From positions 1-46,048 of the forward strand of contig CAMTGL010000001.1 of assembly GCA_947071955.1 (NCBI GenBank): a DNA stretch of 46,048 nucleotides, written 5' to 3'. The translations under genes and the position numbers were made by a program. This document shows positions 43,726 to 46,048 of the stretch, in pieces (the stretch's first letter is position 1; each line of letters starts with the position of its first letter). Below the pieces are notes generated by a model. It had not been told where the DNA came from. It saw only the letters and a program-made list of their open reading frames with translations, and searched no databases. The stretch comes from an uncultured Plesiomonas sp. GTDB lineage: Bacteria > Pseudomonadota > Gammaproteobacteria > Enterobacterales > CAMTGL01.

Positions 43726-44313
43726 ATGATGATTGCTGTGGTTTCCCGCATTCTTGGTGGCTTGCTCTATTATCCGCCAGATTCAGAACATGCTGCACCA
43801 TTACAGGCAGCGTTGCTAGAACTTCCAACCCTATTTAGTTGGCCAGAGCCGGCCTTAATTGAGCAGTGGTGTGCTCAACTTGCGGTTGCCGAACCGGATT
43901 TACGTTATCACTTCTCGGTACTGTTTGAGGGGCAAGGTGAGATGCCCGCACCACCGTGGGGTTCGGTGTATCAGGATCAGGATAATCTGCTGCTGGCCGA
44001 ATCAGCGCAGCGTTACCGCGCGTTTTTAGCTGAGCAGAATATCTGTTTTGACAGTGGGTTAAACGAGCCGGAAGACCAGATTGGCTTGATGTTACTGGCT
44101 CTGGCCTATTTGCTGGAGCTGGGTCACGACAGTGCGGCAATCACGTTGCTTGAAGAGCATGTATTGCCGTGGAGTGCGCGTTATGTGCAGCTGTTGAGCG
44201 CCGCTGAGTATGGCCATTTTTACCCCACATTGGGGAAGGTGCTGGGCTGTTTTTTGCAGACCTTAATTGCAGAGCTGGAGCTGACTCCGCGCAGTGTTCG
44301 CTTGCACCGTTAA
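43726..44313 (+). CDS. dmsD: Tat proofreading chaperone, DmsD/TorD family
   Basis: APPWGSVY, EPEDQIGLML, HVLPW, FY..L motifs. Confidence 0.88.
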   Translation: MMIAVVSRILGGLLYYPPDSEHAAPLQAALLELPTLFSWPEPALIEQWCAQLAVAEPDLRYHFSVLFEGQGEMPAPPWGSVYQDQDNLLLAESAQRYRAFLAEQNICFDSGLNEPEDQIGLMLLALAYLLELGHDSAAITLLEEHVLPWSARYVQLLSAAEYGHFYPTLGKVLGCFLQTLIAELELTPRSVRLHR

Positions 44314-44361
44314 CCCGTTAAGCCTGTTGAAACATCAAAAGAAAAGCAGAACAGACCCGTT

Positions 44362-44922
44362 ATGAGAGATGCGCGTTACTATCAAGCTTATATGGAACAC
44401 CGCACGGTCAGCCGCCGTGGTCTGCTGCGTGGGCTATTTTCCGGCATCAAGCAGGCCGGTGAGCCGCGCGCAGAAGCACAGGCTATCGAGTTGCAGGCTA
44501 AGGTGATCCGACCGCCGTATGCACGTGAGGAAGCCTTGTTTGCGATGCTGTGCTCAACAGAGTGCCATGCCTGCCAGTCAGCTTGCCCTGAAGGGTTGAT
44601 TCAGTCTGAGCAAGGGCTGCCAGTACTTGATTTTACTGCTACGAGTTGTAGCCGTTGCCAGCAGTGTGTTAAGGCTTGTCCGAGTGGTGCATTGGCGCTG
44701 CTACAACCTGACTCACCGCTGAATATACAGGCTAAACCTGTTTTGCAGCATACCTGCCACAACACCTTCAGCACATGCCAGCAGTGTGCTGACAGTTGCA
44801 CGGTTGATGCGCTGATCTGGCAGGCTGGGCAACCGCCACAGATTAACCATCAGCAGTGTGATGGGTGCGGCGCTTGTGCATTTTCTTGCCATGTGAATGC
44901 ATTGCAGATGTTGGTCTGCTAG
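44362..44922 (+). CDS. NapF-like 4Fe-4S ferredoxin-type protein
   Basis: SRRGLLRG, RPPY, four Cys clusters (CHACQSACP, CSRCQQCVKACP, CQQCADSC, CDGCGACAFSC). Confidence 0.85.
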   Translation: MRDARYYQAYMEHRTVSRRGLLRGLFSGIKQAGEPRAEAQAIELQAKVIRPPYAREEALFAMLCSTECHACQSACPEGLIQSEQGLPVLDFTATSCSRCQQCVKACPSGALALLQPDSPLNIQAKPVLQHTCHNTFSTCQQCADSCTVDALIWQAGQPPQINHQQCDGCGACAFSCHVNALQMLVC

Positions 44923-44958
44923 TGTTTTGTGTGGTTACTGTTTGATAGAAGAGAAATA

Positions 44959-45657
44959 TCATTTCATCGGCTGTTGGTCAGTTCTAGGCTGTGTGGCACG
45001 ATAAGCATCCATGATCGGAGCCCACTGCATACCGAGTGGGATGGGGTGTTGTTTGAATAATTTACCGTATTTTTTATCGAAGGAATCTATTCCATATTGT
45101 TCAGCAACAGGAACTTTCTTATCGTACCAATCATCAGTAACTTCTTCAGCAACTCCCCGAGAGAGCAATATATCGGGGCTAACCCCAAGGCTGTGTCCCA
45201 TCAATACCACTTCGTAGTACCCTCCGGGAGCTAAACCGAAGTAGAGTTTATTTCGGTACTCATATTGGCCATTAACGTTATAGGCCATTTTCATCTGTTG
45301 CTCCAAACTCTTGGGCAAATTCGTTTTAATGCGATAGCGTTTACGGTCATGAAATGAGATCATTTCAATTGTTGCATAGTCGGGAACTATGATTCCATCA
45401 GTTGAAATTCCACCGCCGCCAGCCCAGTAATGTTTTTTGTTTATTATGCGTTCTGATAAGAGCCCGCCACTACCCCCTCCTATACGAGAAGAAAAAATGA
45501 TGTGGTTATTTTTATAGAGATCAGTTTGTATCGTTATTGTCCTATCTATATTGCTCCCTGTGCCATATGACCAGTTAGTAGATATCGAGGATGACTTGAC
45601 TGAACCTGTAATCAACATGCTCAAACCTGAGACTAGAAATAATAATTTTCTAAGCAT
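44959..45657 (-). CDS. DUF2931-like exported protein, putative T6SS lipase-effector immunity protein
   Basis: Signal peptide; PD...IE.IS.HDRKRY...NLP...M...LYFGLAPGG motif pattern; AT-rich relative to flanks; TAATG coupling to the upstream ORF. Confidence 0.72.
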   Translation of the reverse strand: MLRKLLFLVSGLSMLITGSVKSSSISTNWSYGTGSNIDRTITIQTDLYKNNHIIFSSRIGGGSGGLLSERIINKKHYWAGGGGISTDGIIVPDYATIEMISFHDRKRYRIKTNLPKSLEQQMKMAYNVNGQYEYRNKLYFGLAPGGYYEVVLMGHSLGVSPDILLSRGVAEEVTDDWYDKKVPVAEQYGIDSFDKKYGKLFKQHPIPLGMQWAPIMDAYRATQPRTDQQPMK

Positions 45658-45836
45658 TACGTTTCCTGATTACCGATTAAATCACGGCGCAGAGCGCGAT
45701 AGATTTCCATTCCGGTACTGTCAGTCAGTATGGCTTTTTGCCCAGAAAAGGCATGGTTATTCTCATCGCGAATATCAAGCTCTATCCAGCGATCATATTT
45801 TTCACAGGGAATGCAGTAAGGGTCAGAGGACATCAT
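45657..45836 (-). pseudogene. 59-aa ORF, probable internally deleted T6SS effector remnant
   Basis: Manual translation: MMSSDPYCIPCEKYDRWIELDIRDENNHAFSGQKAILTDSTGMEIYRALRRDLIGNQET*; AGGAG RBS; ATGA overlap upstream and TAATG overlap downstream. Confidence 0.65.
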
Positions 45837-46048
45837 ACAACTCCTGTGAATATGCAGTATTTATTCAGCCAATGTTTAACAAAAGTGAGCTCGTTATCGC
45901 TTAACATTAGGGGTGTTTGGATAGCATCGAGCGGCATATTTATTTGTAAGGCAAGAGTTGCTGCTACTACACCGTCTCGGATATCACCGTCTAAACCATC
46001 AAGATTGGTTCGCTGTAATACCGCAGCAATTGTGGTTTGAGGATCGGT
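45833..46048 (-). CDS. 3' end of a CDS running off the window, possibly a DUF4123-type T6SS adaptor
   Basis: Open frame ...TDPQTTIAAVLQRTNLDGLDGDIRDGVVAATLALQINMPLDAIQTPLMLSDNELTFVKHWLNKYCIFTGVV*; the product call rests on position only. Confidence 0.5.
   Translation of the reverse strand, partial: TDPQTTIAAVLQRTNLDGLDGDIRDGVVAATLALQINMPLDAIQTPLMLSDNELTFVKHWLNKYCIFTGVV

Noticed and set aside
45551-46040. Plus-strand ORFs 45551-45904 and 45738-46040
   Set aside because: They are antisense to the translationally coupled minus-strand ORF chain, which has the RBS and overlap signals.

Overview
This 46-kb window is almost all core chromosome of a gamma-proteobacterium. Its gene order mixes Enterobacterales features (pitA-uspB-uspA, yicH-xanP-recG, GlnZ-type glnA 3'UTR) with Vibrio/Aeromonas features (ftnA, DUF2489, cytochrome c4, add, DUF4124, ryhB upstream of polA), so a Plesiomonas-like early-branching enterobacterium is my best guess (inference). 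Order: uspA, an SDR/FabG paralog, potD-like, ftnA, uspB, pitA, yhiN-like flavoprotein, RyhB, polA, Spot 42, yihI, DUF2489, hemN, yihA/engB, cytochrome c4, add, glnG-glnL-DUF4124-glnA, typA, yihY-pip-dtd-fabY, yicH, a small TPR-like ORF, xanP, recG-spoT-rpoZ-gmk, then a dmsABCD-napF-like operon. The right end holds the tail of a probable T6SS auxiliary locus. The most notable items are: (1) a 59-aa ORF missing from the ORF track that looks like a T6SS effector with its toxin body deleted in frame, still translationally coupled to an adaptor-like gene and a DUF2931-type immunity gene; (2) an origin-like cluster of 8 GATC sites, DnaA boxes and an AT-rich tract upstream of polA; (3) two candidate unannotated sRNAs downstream of spf and one downstream of the SDR gene; (4) a RyhB with a 2-nt insertion in its conserved core. 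I found no transposase, integrase, tRNA, rRNA or CRISPR array. All family assignments come from motif recognition by eye, not database searches.
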